Under the pieces are notes generated by a model. It had not been told where the DNA came from. It searched no databases and saw only the letters and a program-made list of their open reading frames with translations. A DNA stretch of 64,000 bases from Myxococcota bacterium (GTDB lineage: Bacteria; Myxococcota_A; UBA796; CAJQPC01): the NCBI GenBank assembly GCA_036012755.1, contig DASCPX010000047.1, positions 1 to 64,000 on the forward strand. The letters run 5' to 3'. Positions 13,232-22,954 of the stretch are shown here, piece by piece. Both the position numbers and the translations under genes were made by a program. How positions within the stretch are numbered: position 1 is the first letter of the stretch; each line of letters begins with the position of its first letter.

Positions 13232-13744
13232 ATGCGTCACGCCCTCGTCTTCGTCCTCGCTCTGCTCGCCTTCTCGGGCTGCGGCTACGAGCGCCACATG
13301 AAGCGCCTGTCCGACGTCGAGTTCGACCACTACTACGCGCTGCGGCCCTACATGAACGAGGACTCCCGCAAGACCTACCTCAAGCTGAAGACGGAAGAGG
13401 AGCGGAACCAGTTCCTGAAGGACAAGGGGCTGTGGGATCGCTTCTACAAGTACGACCAGGAGGCCCGCGACTCCATCGTCGCTGGCGATGTCCAGGTCGG
13501 CTGGACCAAGGACAAGGTGTTGATGGCCTGGGGAAGGCCCTACGACAAGCAGAAGCTGGCGGGCCGGGAGGCCCAGCGCAGCGAGCGCCTGGTCTACCGC
13601 TTCGAGAAGCACGAGGACGGCTCGATCCTCGTCTGGGAGGCCAACTCGAAGACCGAGTACAAGGCGGTCCAGCTCTTCCAGCGGGACGTGCTGCTCGACG
13701 ACGACGTCGTGGCCGAGATCAGCCAGCGGGACCGCTGGGAGTAG
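13232..13744 (+). CDS. Lipoprotein of unknown function
   Basis: Canonical lipobox (FSGC, Cys17); GWTKDKVLMAWGRP resembles the SmpA/BamE-type motif. Confidence 0.7.
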   Translation: MRHALVFVLALLAFSGCGYERHMKRLSDVEFDHYYALRPYMNEDSRKTYLKLKTEEERNQFLKDKGLWDRFYKYDQEARDSIVAGDVQVGWTKDKVLMAWGRPYDKQKLAGREAQRSERLVYRFEKHEDGSILVWEANSKTEYKAVQLFQRDVLLDDDVVAEISQRDRWE

Positions 13745-13775
13745 AGTAGCTTGGCGGCTTCGGCATGGTCCTGAG

Positions 13776-15380
13776 ATGAAGATCGCACTGGTCAGTCCCT
13801 ACCCGGACATCACGAACTACGGCATGCGCACCCTGAGCTCGGTGCTCAAGCAGGACGGGCACGAGGTCCGGTTCATCTGCATGCCCGACTTCGCCGGTGA
13901 TGGCGAGTTCGTCCACGTGCGCATGAGCGAGGAGCGGTACCCGGCCCGGATCATGGACCAGTTCCTCGAGCTGACGGCGGACGTCGACCTGCTGGGCGTC
14001 ACGCTGATGACCCACTACTTCGACACCGCGAAGCAGCTCACGGAGGCGGCGCGCTCCGCTCACGGCATTCCGAGCATCTGGGGCGGGTTCCACCCCAGCG
14101 TCCGCCCCGACGAGTGCGCCAAGCACGCCGAGTACGTCGCCATCGGGGACAGCGAGGACCTCATCCTCGAGCTCGTTCGTCGCATGGAGAACAAGGACCC
14201 GGACCTCTCCGACATCAAGGGCCTCGTCTGGCGAAGGGGCGAGACGGTCGTCCGCAACCAGCCGGGCAGCCTCGAGCAGCACCTCGATCTGTACCCCTTC
14301 CCGGACTTCGGTCTCGACGACCAGCACATCCTCTTCGAGGGTCAGCTCCTGCCGGTGACCAAGGACCTGCTCCGTCGCTACCTCCACAACGGCACCGTCA
14401 GCCGCATGTTCGGCAAGATCGGCTACCAGACGATGACTGGGCGGGGCTGCCCGCACGCCTGCACCTACTGCGGGAACAGCTTCTACCGCGACCTCTACAG
14501 GCGCCAGCGCTACGTCCGCTACCGCTCGACCGAGAACGTCATGCAGGAGTTGGAGGGCGTGAAGCGGGAGTACCCCTTCATCAACTTCATCTGGTTCTCC
14601 GACGACAGCTTCTTCGGGCGGCCGTTGCCGGACATGATCGACTTCGCCGAGCAGTACAAGCGACGCGTCGGCGATCCCTTCTACCTCCTCGGCAGCCCCG
14701 GCACGATCACCGAGGAGAAGTACGAAGTCCTCGTCGATGCAGGTCTCCACTGCGTCCAGATGGGCGTGGAGCACGGCAGCAAGCGCATCCAGAAGCTGAT
14801 GAAGCGTTCGACGATGAGCAACGACAAGATCCTCGCCTCGGCCGAGATCATCACGAAGTACGCGGACCGCACAGCCCCTCCCCAGTACGACATCATCTAC
14901 GACCTCCCCTACGAGACCATCGAGGACAAGCTCGACACCCTGCGCCTCGTGGCGGAGCTGCCCAAGCCCTTCCGGTTGCAGGCCTTCTCCGTGATCTTCT
15001 ATCCGGGCACCTCGCTGCACACCCTCGCCATGCGCGACGGCCTCGTCAACGACGAGAAGGAGGAGATCTACGACAAGATGTACTTCGAGAAGAACGACAC
15101 CTACACCAACGTGTTGCTCTACCTCGCCCAGTCGGGGCGCTTCCCCAGCCCGCTGCTCAAGGTGCTCATCGACCGGCGCGTGGTCGACTTCGCGACCTCC
15201 GACTACGCCCGTCCCTTCGCGAAGCTCGCGAAGCTGGGGGTCGGCAAGGTCCGCGCGGCCCTGCGCAACCCTGCGCTGGAACGCGCTCGCGCCCTCGGTA
15301 CCTTCGAGGCTCGCCTGGCCGGAATGACCGGCGCCAACGCGGGGGCGGCTGCGTCGAAGATGGCGGACGCCGCGAAGTAG
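13776..15380 (+). CDS. Cobalamin-binding radical SAM protein
   Basis: N-terminal B12-binding-like domain (WGGFHPS), GRGCPHACTYC, SDDSF, GVEHG, YPGT. Confidence 0.92.
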   Translation: MKIALVSPYPDITNYGMRTLSSVLKQDGHEVRFICMPDFAGDGEFVHVRMSEERYPARIMDQFLELTADVDLLGVTLMTHYFDTAKQLTEAARSAHGIPSIWGGFHPSVRPDECAKHAEYVAIGDSEDLILELVRRMENKDPDLSDIKGLVWRRGETVVRNQPGSLEQHLDLYPFPDFGLDDQHILFEGQLLPVTKDLLRRYLHNGTVSRMFGKIGYQTMTGRGCPHACTYCGNSFYRDLYRRQRYVRYRSTENVMQELEGVKREYPFINFIWFSDDSFFGRPLPDMIDFAEQYKRRVGDPFYLLGSPGTITEEKYEVLVDAGLHCVQMGVEHGSKRIQKLMKRSTMSNDKILASAEIITKYADRTAPPQYDIIYDLPYETIEDKLDTLRLVAELPKPFRLQAFSVIFYPGTSLHTLAMRDGLVNDEKEEIYDKMYFEKNDTYTNVLLYLAQSGRFPSPLLKVLIDRRVVDFATSDYARPFAKLAKLGVGKVRAALRNPALERARALGTFEARLAGMTGANAGAAASKMADAAK

Positions 15381-15392
15381 TCTCTGGGTCCG

Positions 15393-15902
15393 GTGACGCT
15401 GACGATTCGTGAAGCCACAGAGGATGACGCGCTCGACACCCTGGCGCTGCGGCGGGCTGTGCTCGCCGAAGGCCGCTGGTTCATCACAGAGGAGGACGAG
15501 CACGTCGACTCGCTGGAGCTCGAGCAGTCGGTCATCCGCCAGCTCTCCCGTCAGCCGAACTGCCTGTACCTCGTCGCCCACGAGGGCTCGGCCCTGGTCG
15601 GGTTGGTCCAGCTCCAGGGTGGAGCGCTGCGCCGGATGCGTCACGCAGCGAAGATGGAGATCCTCGTCGCGGAAGGCCATCGTGGCCAGGGCACTGGCGG
15701 CGCCTTGCTCGGCGAAGCCCTGGACTGGGCCAAGGCCAACTCCGGGCTGTCCAAGATCGGACTCGCGGTCCTGGCCCACAACACCAGGGCCATCGCCCTG
15801 TACGAACGCCACGGCTTCCAGATCGAGGGTCGGCGCGACAAGGAGTACCTCACCGTCACCGGGCAGTTCTGGGGCGACGTGCTGATGTACCGCTTCGTCT
15901 GA
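15393..15902 (+). CDS. GNAT N-acetyltransferase
   Basis: HRGQGTG acetyl-CoA motif, NTRAIALYERHGF. Confidence 0.9.
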   Translation: MTLTIREATEDDALDTLALRRAVLAEGRWFITEEDEHVDSLELEQSVIRQLSRQPNCLYLVAHEGSALVGLVQLQGGALRRMRHAAKMEILVAEGHRGQGTGGALLGEALDWAKANSGLSKIGLAVLAHNTRAIALYERHGFQIEGRRDKEYLTVTGQFWGDVLMYRFV

Positions 15903-15906
15903 CCCG

Positions 15907-16617
15907 CTAGCGCTTCCGGGTCAGCCTCGCGACCAGCCGAGCTCTCAGCTCCGGAGAGGTCCAGGCCGGGATCACCTCGTCCCGGAAGGCTGCCTCCTGC
16001 GCAGGTGAGATCTGGAGGACGTGGCCCTGCAGCATCTCCTTCGTGCGACGGTAGACCGTCGGGTCGTAGCTCGACAGCTGCGCCAGCCGTGCGGCCGCGG
16101 CCTCGCGAGCTCCCACGACGACCTCGTCGACGAGGCCCAGGGCCCGAGCTTCTCGCGGTGGCACGAGCGCTGCGCCCAACAAGACCCGGGTCTGGGCGTG
16201 GGCCGGGATTCGGAAGCGCACCATGTTCCAGATGCGCGGTGGGAACAGCACGCCCACGGCGATCTCCGTGAGGCCGATGCGGATGGCAGGGTCGTCCTCT
16301 GCGATGCGCTGGTCACAGGCCAGGGCGATCACGCCTCCGCCTGCGATGGCGTGGCCGTCGACCACGGCGACGGTGGGCGCAGGCCACTGGAAGATCCGCC
16401 GGGTCACCCCATCGAGCAGCTCGAGGTAGCCGGGCATCTCCTCCGGGCCCAGGGCCGCGATCTCCTTGAGATCGACCCCGGCGGAGAGCGCGCCGTCTTC
16501 GCCGCGCATGAGGAAGGGCTCGCGGGGATGGTCGTCGAGCCGGGCGTGGATCGACCGCAGCATGTCCGTCGACAGCGCGTTCTTGCCGGGCCCGTCCAAG
16601 ACGAGCTCGAAGCCCAT
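15907..16617 (-). CDS. Enoyl-CoA hydratase/isomerase family protein
   Basis: SAGVDL, GHAIAGG, GLTE, ALGLVDEV. Confidence 0.9.
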   Translation of the reverse strand: MGFELVLDGPGKNALSTDMLRSIHARLDDHPREPFLMRGEDGALSAGVDLKEIAALGPEEMPGYLELLDGVTRRIFQWPAPTVAVVDGHAIAGGGVIALACDQRIAEDDPAIRIGLTEIAVGVLFPPRIWNMVRFRIPAHAQTRVLLGAALVPPREARALGLVDEVVVGAREAAAARLAQLSSYDPTVYRRTKEMLQGHVLQISPAQEAAFRDEVIPAWTSPELRARLVARLTRKR

Positions 16618-16619
16618 GC

Positions 16620-17327
16620 TCAGAAGGCCTTGCCCGCGCCGAAGCGCACCGTGGGCTGGGGCTCCTGGCCGACCACCATCGTCTCGACGGCGAGGCTCAG
16701 GGCGAAGCCATCGCGGAGTGGCTGGCTCACTCCCACCGCGGCGCCGAGAGCAGGGTCGCGCGCGACGGCGAAGACCTCTGCGTAGGGGGAGAGGTAGGCG
16801 TTGCTCAAGGTCGCTCGGGTCGCGACGCCAAGGTCCGCCCCCTCGAGACCAGCGGTCCCTCGCAGAGCGACACCGAGGTGGTCCCCGCCGACGCCCGCGT
16901 GGACGTACATCCCGGCGCTTCCGAGGCTACCGGTCCATCCGAGCTCCACTTGCGGGTGGAGCTGACGCTCGCTGACCGGCTCGACATAGGGCGGAACCTG
17001 GTCCCCGACCGACAGCGTCTGGACACCGACCGTATTGGGCGCCTGGAGCGCGAGGCGCTGCTGGGCCAGCGCGGCCTCGACCCGGGTCGTCTCCGCCTTG
17101 CCGAGCTCTGGACCGGTCTCTCCGAGCGCGTCGAGCTTCTGCCACGCCAGCTCGGAGAGCTTGCTGTTGGGGAAGGCGACGATGAAGGCCGTGAGATCCC
17201 CGGAGTCGGCTGGGTCCACGCTCTCCCAGGCGGCGATGTCGTCGCCGTCGCGCACGCTCGCCGAGTCGATGTCGAGCGCACGGCTCCGGGCATCGGCAGC
17301 GGACAGTGACAGCAGTAGCAACAGCAT
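16620..17327 (-). CDS. Exported hypothetical protein with beta-strand-rich C-terminus
   Basis: Short signal peptide, alternating beta pattern, terminal Phe. Confidence 0.6.
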   Translation of the reverse strand: MLLLLLSLSAADARSRALDIDSASVRDGDDIAAWESVDPADSGDLTAFIVAFPNSKLSELAWQKLDALGETGPELGKAETTRVEAALAQQRLALQAPNTVGVQTLSVGDQVPPYVEPVSERQLHPQVELGWTGSLGSAGMYVHAGVGGDHLGVALRGTAGLEGADLGVATRATLSNAYLSPYAEVFAVARDPALGAAVGVSQPLRDGFALSLAVETMVVGQEPQPTVRFGAGKAF

Positions 17328-17355
17328 GATTGGGGGGAGTTAGAAGCAGCGGACG

Positions 17356-17982
17356 ATGAACATTCTCGCCCACCTGGTGTGTCTCTCGAGTCCGGCCTCT
17401 GCCGGCGAGTCCATCCGGGACCTCGAAATGGGGGTCAGAGGTGAGCTGCCCCTGGTGGCCAGCCCGTCTATCACGGAGGCCGCCGACGGCAAGGGCAACA
17501 GCCAGCTACACGTCGGCTGGGAGGGCTTCTTCGCCTATGTGCTGACTCCGCGGTGGGCCTTCACCGGGACCTTCGGGACGCGGTGGCAGTACCTGGGCTG
17601 GCCAGCTGACGAGGGCTTCGACCCCCTCATCCAGACCCGGGCGATGCGCGTCTACGTCGGGGCGCGCGCGTCGTTCCTCCAGGCGCCCACCTTCGTTGCT
17701 GTCAACGCCTCGGGTGGACTGGTCAGCAGCTACTGGCGGCTCGACATCGGGGGTGTCAACGGCGACCGTCGCGCGGCGGGGCCCGGCGCCCTGCTCGGAG
17801 TCGAGCTGACCCACTTCGTCAACAGGCGCTTCGCGCTGAGCGTCGAGCTGCGCGGCTGGACCGAGCTCCACGACGACGAGCTCCTCGCCGTCGCCGAGAC
17901 CGACGACAGCCGCGGGTGGGCTTTTCAGCACCAGAAGAGCCAGAGCGGCGTGTCCCTCCTTGCTGGCGTGCTCTTCCGGTGA
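17356..17982 (+). CDS. Putative outer-membrane beta-barrel protein
   Basis: Signal-like N-terminus, amphipathic strands, ends GVLFR. Confidence 0.6.
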   Translation: MNILAHLVCLSSPASAGESIRDLEMGVRGELPLVASPSITEAADGKGNSQLHVGWEGFFAYVLTPRWAFTGTFGTRWQYLGWPADEGFDPLIQTRAMRVYVGARASFLQAPTFVAVNASGGLVSSYWRLDIGGVNGDRRAAGPGALLGVELTHFVNRRFALSVELRGWTELHDDELLAVAETDDSRGWAFQHQKSQSGVSLLAGVLFR

Positions 17983-18040
17983 GCGGGCGCGTCGCTGGCG
18001 ATGAGGCTGCGGCTATAGTTCCCGGCGCAGAGGAGGCATC

Positions 18041-18775
18041 GTGTTCATTTTTCTCATCGCCTGTGCCGGCTCGAAGGACATCGATGGCATCTGGGCCATC
18101 CTGATCCCGGGCGCCGTCGAAGCGGACTGCTCGGAGAGCATCTCCCACAACTTCACCGACGCTTTCGTGCCCGACGACGACGAGGACTCCGACCAGCCCT
18201 TCGTGAGCGAGCAGGAGACCGAGAGCTCCGAGGCGATGCAGCTGATCCAGATCACGCGCCACTCCAAGCGCGAGGCGACCCTGATCAAGGGCACCCGTGC
18301 CTACCCCGGCAGCCTCGGGGACAACGGCGCGTGGAAGTTCGAGTGGGGGGGCAACGACATCACGACGACGACCCAGACGCACCAGGATGGCTACGACTAC
18401 ACCGCCGACGAGGACGTCACGACCACGACCACGATCAGGCTGACCAAGAACAAGGAGACCGTCGGTGGGACCTGGACCGGTGTCACGCACACGATCGCCG
18501 GGTACACGGAGACCGACGCCTGGAGCAGCGAGATCACAGAGGTGGGTGACCGCGGGCAGATCCCCAGCGCGCTCTACCTCATCACCGATGTCACCGGCGC
18601 GGAGCGCCCTGCCGAGAACGAGCGGGACTTCGCGGAGTGCAGCGGGAGCGACTGTGAGCTCGACCTCGACATCACCTGTACGTCCGAGCGCGAGTACTCC
18701 GGATGGCGCACCGGATACGACGACGAGGACGCCTATGGCCACCTCGGCGCGGTCGGGCAGCCGGCGGGGGGATGA
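18041..18775 (+). CDS. Acidic putative lipoprotein
   Basis: RBS AGGAGG, MFIFLIAC start, GC3-rich codons. Confidence 0.7.
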   Translation: MFIFLIACAGSKDIDGIWAILIPGAVEADCSESISHNFTDAFVPDDDEDSDQPFVSEQETESSEAMQLIQITRHSKREATLIKGTRAYPGSLGDNGAWKFEWGGNDITTTTQTHQDGYDYTADEDVTTTTTIRLTKNKETVGGTWTGVTHTIAGYTETDAWSSEITEVGDRGQIPSALYLITDVTGAERPAENERDFAECSGSDCELDLDITCTSEREYSGWRTGYDDEDAYGHLGAVGQPAGG

Positions 18776-18785
18776 GCAATGCGCC

Positions 18786-18814
18786 TTGACGCCTGACTGA
18801 CAGGCTCCGATAAT
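18786..18814 (+). promoter_or_regulatory. Sigma70-like promoter TTGACG-N17-GATAAT
   Basis: Near-consensus boxes, 17-nt spacer, upstream of the CBS gene. Confidence 0.6.
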
Positions 18815-18845
18815 GGTGTTCTTACGCCCTGAATCGAGGTGCACG

Positions 18846-19337
18846 ATGCTCAAGGGTGATCGCATTCCGCGCGCGCGCGACATCATGACCAAGAAGCTCA
18901 CCTGCCTGTCGGAGGACGACCTCGTCTACGACGCGGTGAGGAAACTCCTGGCTCGGAAGATCAGCGGGGCACCTGTCATCGACAGTCGCCGCCGCCTCGT
19001 CGGGGTGCTCTCTGAGAAGGACTGCATCCGGGCGGCGATGCGCGCGTACCACGACGGCCTCCCGTCCCCGAACGTCGGCCAGGTCATGACCCGCGAGCCC
19101 GTGTCCGTGAAGGAGGAGACCAACGTCGTCACGATCGCCCACCTCTTCGCGACCAGCCCCTTCAGGCGCATTCCGGTCGTGCGTGAGGGGGACGTCCTCA
19201 TCGGCCAGATCAGCCGCCGAGACCTGCTGAAGGCCGTCGCCAGCGTCTTGGAGCCGAGCCGCGGCCGCAAGGCCTCGCCGCTGTACCTCAGCGCGCTCGA
19301 TGACGCCGAGATCACCGCGGAGATCACGCTGGGCTGA
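18846..19337 (+). CDS. CBS-domain pair protein
   Basis: ARDIMT, ISGAPV, LVGVLSEKDC, IGQISRRDLL. Confidence 0.9.
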   Translation: MLKGDRIPRARDIMTKKLTCLSEDDLVYDAVRKLLARKISGAPVIDSRRRLVGVLSEKDCIRAAMRAYHDGLPSPNVGQVMTREPVSVKEETNVVTIAHLFATSPFRRIPVVREGDVLIGQISRRDLLKAVASVLEPSRGRKASPLYLSALDDAEITAEITLG

Positions 19338-19403
19338 TCAGCCCGAAGTCAGACATTCTGTCAGACGATTGACAGCATGACGTCATCATGTCAGGTTGTC
19401 GGC

Positions 19404-20762
19404 ATGCCTAAGATCCTCGTTGTCGACGACGAAGAAGCCAACCGCGTCACCCTCGATCGAATCCTGCGTCGGGAGGGCTGGAGCGTCATCCAGGCCCCGG
19501 ATGGCCGCACGGGCCTGGAGCTCCTGCGCGAGGAGGGCGCTGACGTCGTCGTGACCGACTTCAAGATGCCGGGCATGACCGGGCTGGAGCTCCTGCGGGC
19601 GGTGAAGGCGGTTGCGCCGGACGTCGAGGTCCTCGTCATGACCGCCTACGGCACGGTGGAGGTGGCGGTCGAGGCCATGAAGGAGGGCGCCTACGACTTC
19701 GTGACCAAGCCGCTGAGGCGCATCGAGCTGGTCGGCTCGATCAAGAAGGCGCTCGAGAAGCGGGGCCTCATCCTGGAGATCGGTCGCCTGAAGCAGCAGC
19801 TCGCCGAGGGTGACGGGACCCACATCATCGGGTCCTCGCCGGCGCTCCGGCAGCTGATGGAGGAGGTCGACCAGGTCGCTCCGAGTGACGCGAGCGTCCT
19901 GCTCGTCGGAGAGTCCGGCACCGGGAAGAGCCTGCTGGCCCGAGCGCTGCACGAGCGCTCGGCGCGCCGGCGTGGCCGCATCGTGACCGTGAACTGCGCC
20001 GCGATCCCGGAGACGCTGTTGGAGTCCGAGCTCTTCGGGCACGAGGCGGGGGCCTTCACCGGCGCGACGGGCCGCAAGGAAGGACGCTTCGACCTGGCCC
20101 GCGGCGGGACGCTGTTCCTCGACGAGATCACCGAGGTCCCGGCCAGCGTGCAGGTCAAGCTCTTGCGTGTGCTGCAGGAGGGGGAGTACGAGCGCGTCGG
20201 CGGCACGAGGACACTCGCCGCGGACGTGCGTGTCGTCGCCGCGACGAATCGCCCCATCGAGACAGAGGTGGCCGAGGGCCGCTTTCGCGAGGACCTCTAC
20301 TACCGGCTCAACGTCATCCAGCTCCGCGTGCCGTCCCTGCGCGAGCGACCAGAGGACGTGCCGCTGCTCGCGGCCCACTTCCTCACCCACTACTCGAAGA
20401 AGAACCGCAAGGCCGTGCAGGCCCTGAGCGCGGAGGTGCTCGATGCGCTCTGTGGCTATCGCTGGCCTGGCAACGTGCGCGAGCTCGAGAACGCCATCGA
20501 GCGCTCCGTGGTGCTCTCCCGCGGGGACATCGTCCGGCTCGAGCAGCTCCCCCCGGCAGTTCGTCAGGGCCAGGGAGGCCGGCAGGTCCTGAGCTTCCCG
20601 GTCGCTACGCCGCTGAAGAACGTCGAGCGCCGCATGATCGAGGAGACCCTTCGCCACACTGGCGGGGACAAGACCCTGGCCGCCAGCCTCCTGGGCATCA
20701 CGGCGCGCACGATCTACCGCCGCGAGGCTGAGTGGGCCGGCGAGTGCCCCGCCCAGGGCTAG
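19404..20762 (+). CDS. NtrC-family sigma54-dependent response regulator
   Basis: Receiver (VVDD, DFKMP), GESGTGKS, GAFTGA, WPGNVREL, Fis-type HTH. Confidence 0.96.
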   Translation: MPKILVVDDEEANRVTLDRILRREGWSVIQAPDGRTGLELLREEGADVVVTDFKMPGMTGLELLRAVKAVAPDVEVLVMTAYGTVEVAVEAMKEGAYDFVTKPLRRIELVGSIKKALEKRGLILEIGRLKQQLAEGDGTHIIGSSPALRQLMEEVDQVAPSDASVLLVGESGTGKSLLARALHERSARRRGRIVTVNCAAIPETLLESELFGHEAGAFTGATGRKEGRFDLARGGTLFLDEITEVPASVQVKLLRVLQEGEYERVGGTRTLAADVRVVAATNRPIETEVAEGRFREDLYYRLNVIQLRVPSLRERPEDVPLLAAHFLTHYSKKNRKAVQALSAEVLDALCGYRWPGNVRELENAIERSVVLSRGDIVRLEQLPPAVRQGQGGRQVLSFPVATPLKNVERRMIEETLRHTGGDKTLAASLLGITARTIYRREAEWAGECPAQG

Positions 20763-21379
20763 ATGTAGTAGTCCTTGAGGTCGCGGCAGCGCGCCGCGTT
20801 GAAGTGGATCGTGACCTCGCCCTCGGTGTCTCCGTCCTCGTCGACCATCATCGTGGCGAAGTTGCCGCGGATCGACTCGCCGGGGGTGTGGCCGTTGATG
20901 TTCAGGACTCCCTCGTCCGAGTGGTACCAGTCGTCACCGGTCCAGACGTCGCCGAGGAGGTCCTCTTCCTCCGGGTACTCGGTCCAGTGGCGTGCCAGGA
21001 CCTTCGCCTCGTCGTCGTCGGTGATCGGATCATCCCAGTCCACGCCGTCCCACTCGCCCTTGTTCTTGTCGTCGACGTCGTCCACGCGGATCTTGATGTC
21101 CCAGACCCAGAAGTCCTCTGGCACGCTCGCTTCCCACTCGTCGATCGCGTCGTCGAAGTCCAGGTTGTTCAGCTCGTCCTCGAAGTCGTCGGAGGCTGAA
21201 ACCCACTCCTCGCAGTTCAGCCCGTGGGTGGCGAGCAGGACCATGATCACGCCGTCGTTGCCGTAGTAGTCGTCCTCCTCGACGAAGACGGCGGTGTTGA
21301 TGTTCACGCTGCGCTCGTCGACCTTGCCGTTGACGTTGTTGCACGCGGACAACGCCAGGACTCCGATGATGGGTGTCAT
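20759..21379 (-). CDS. Acidic putative lipoprotein
   Basis: RBS GGAGGA, MTPIIGVLALSAC. Confidence 0.7.
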   Translation of the reverse strand: MTPIIGVLALSACNNVNGKVDERSVNINTAVFVEEDDYYGNDGVIMVLLATHGLNCEEWVSASDDFEDELNNLDFDDAIDEWEASVPEDFWVWDIKIRVDDVDDKNKGEWDGVDWDDPITDDDEAKVLARHWTEYPEEEDLLGDVWTGDDWYHSDEGVLNINGHTPGESIRGNFATMMVDEDGDTEGEVTIHFNAARCRDLKDYYI

Positions 21380-21412
21380 TGCTCCTCCAGCCGAGCACCA
21401 TATCCTGGTCAC

Positions 21413-22954
21413 ATGCGGCCACGTGGCTCACTGCGCGTTCGAATCCTCGGCGCCTTCCTTTTGTCCTTCGCGTTCTTCCTCACGGCGCTTGGCTATGGGC
21501 TCGTCGAGTTCCGTCGGGTGGGGCAGGCCCTGGAGGTGATCGACCAGGGCTACGTCCCGCTGTCAGCCGCCGCGACGCGCATGGAGTCCTCTCTGGTGCG
21601 CATGGAGATCGACCTCGACTCCGTCCAGGATCGGCGCATCGCCGCCCACCGCAGCCGCGCGGCGCTCCATCACGGGATCATCCGCGACCGCGTCGAAGAG
21701 GCTCGCGCGACCGTCGATTCGGTCCGGCGCCTGGCGCGAGACGAGTCCGAGGCGGCGGACCTCGACAGCCTCGACAGCCAGCTCGAGACCATCGGCCAGC
21801 TCAACGCGGTGCTCGAGGAGCGCACCCTGCACTTCCTGGCCCTGAGCGAGACCGGAAACACCAGCGATGCCCGCGCGGTCCGGCCCGAGCTGGTCAACAC
21901 GCGGCGCGAGCTGGAGACCGCGATCTCCCAGCTCTCATCGGCTGTCGACGGGCGAATCCGACGGCTGGCAGAGGAGACCGCCCAGGCCCAGCGGACCGCG
22001 CTCATCGTGAGCGGCTCGCTCGCGCTGGCCGCCCTGGGCCTCGGCTTCGTGTTGTTGCTCTTGGCCATCATCGCGCTCCGCCCGATCGGCCGCATGTCAG
22101 ACGAGGTTCGCCGCATCGAAGCTGGCGACTACGAGGTCGAGCTGGGCCCCAGCGGTAGCGATGAGCTCGACCTGCTCGCAGAGCGAATCAACGCCATGGC
22201 AGCAGCCATCAGGCAGCGGGACGAGGATCTCCGCCGGAAGACCGTCGAGGAGCTCGCCAACAGGGACCGCCTGGCCCGAGCCGAGCGGCTGGCCCTCGTC
22301 GGCCAGATGCTCGCCCAGATCACGCACGAGGTCCGGAATCCGCTCAATGCGATGAGCCTGAATGCCGAACTGCTCGCAGAGGACCTCGAGAGCGTCGATG
22401 AAGATGGCGCCCTCGGCGACCGGAGAGAGGAGGCCCTGGCGATGCTGGCGACGGTTCGAAGCGAGATCGAGCGGCTGGAGCGTACGACCGAGCACTACCT
22501 GGCCCTCGCACGCCGGCCGGCGCCGAAGCTCGCCCTGGCGGACCCGGCGGAGCTCGTCTACGGGGTCGCCCACCTGCTGGAGGAGCAGCTGCGCCGCGAG
22601 GGTGTGGCCATAGAGGTCGAGGTGGGGGCCACGTCTCCGGTCGAGCTTGACGATCACCAGATTCGGCAGGCGCTGATCAACGTCGTTCGCAACGCCGCCG
22701 AGTCCGGTGCCACCGCCATCCGTGTCGAGGTCGACGGCAGCGGTGGCACCTTGAACATCGCGGTCTGCGACGACGGCTCCGGCCTCGACGAGACCGCCGC
22801 CGAGCGGGCCTTCGACCCCTTCTTCACGACGAAGGCCAAGGGCAGCGGCCTTGGGCTCGCGATCACGCGACAAATCCTCGAAGACCACGGCGGCAGCATC
22901 TGCCTCGAGCCCTGCGACAGCGGCACCCGCCTCGTGCTACGGGTGCCAGCATGA
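21413..22954 (+). CDS. Membrane sensor histidine kinase (HAMP, HisKA, HATPase)
   Basis: Two TM segments, HEVRNPL H-box, N-box, DDGSG, FDPFFTTK, GSGLGL. Confidence 0.95.
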   Translation: MRPRGSLRVRILGAFLLSFAFFLTALGYGLVEFRRVGQALEVIDQGYVPLSAAATRMESSLVRMEIDLDSVQDRRIAAHRSRAALHHGIIRDRVEEARATVDSVRRLARDESEAADLDSLDSQLETIGQLNAVLEERTLHFLALSETGNTSDARAVRPELVNTRRELETAISQLSSAVDGRIRRLAEETAQAQRTALIVSGSLALAALGLGFVLLLLAIIALRPIGRMSDEVRRIEAGDYEVELGPSGSDELDLLAERINAMAAAIRQRDEDLRRKTVEELANRDRLARAERLALVGQMLAQITHEVRNPLNAMSLNAELLAEDLESVDEDGALGDRREEALAMLATVRSEIERLERTTEHYLALARRPAPKLALADPAELVYGVAHLLEEQLRREGVAIEVEVGATSPVELDDHQIRQALINVVRNAAESGATAIRVEVDGSGGTLNIAVCDDGSGLDETAAERAFDPFFTTKAKGSGLGLAITRQILEDHGGSICLEPCDSGTRLVLRVPA

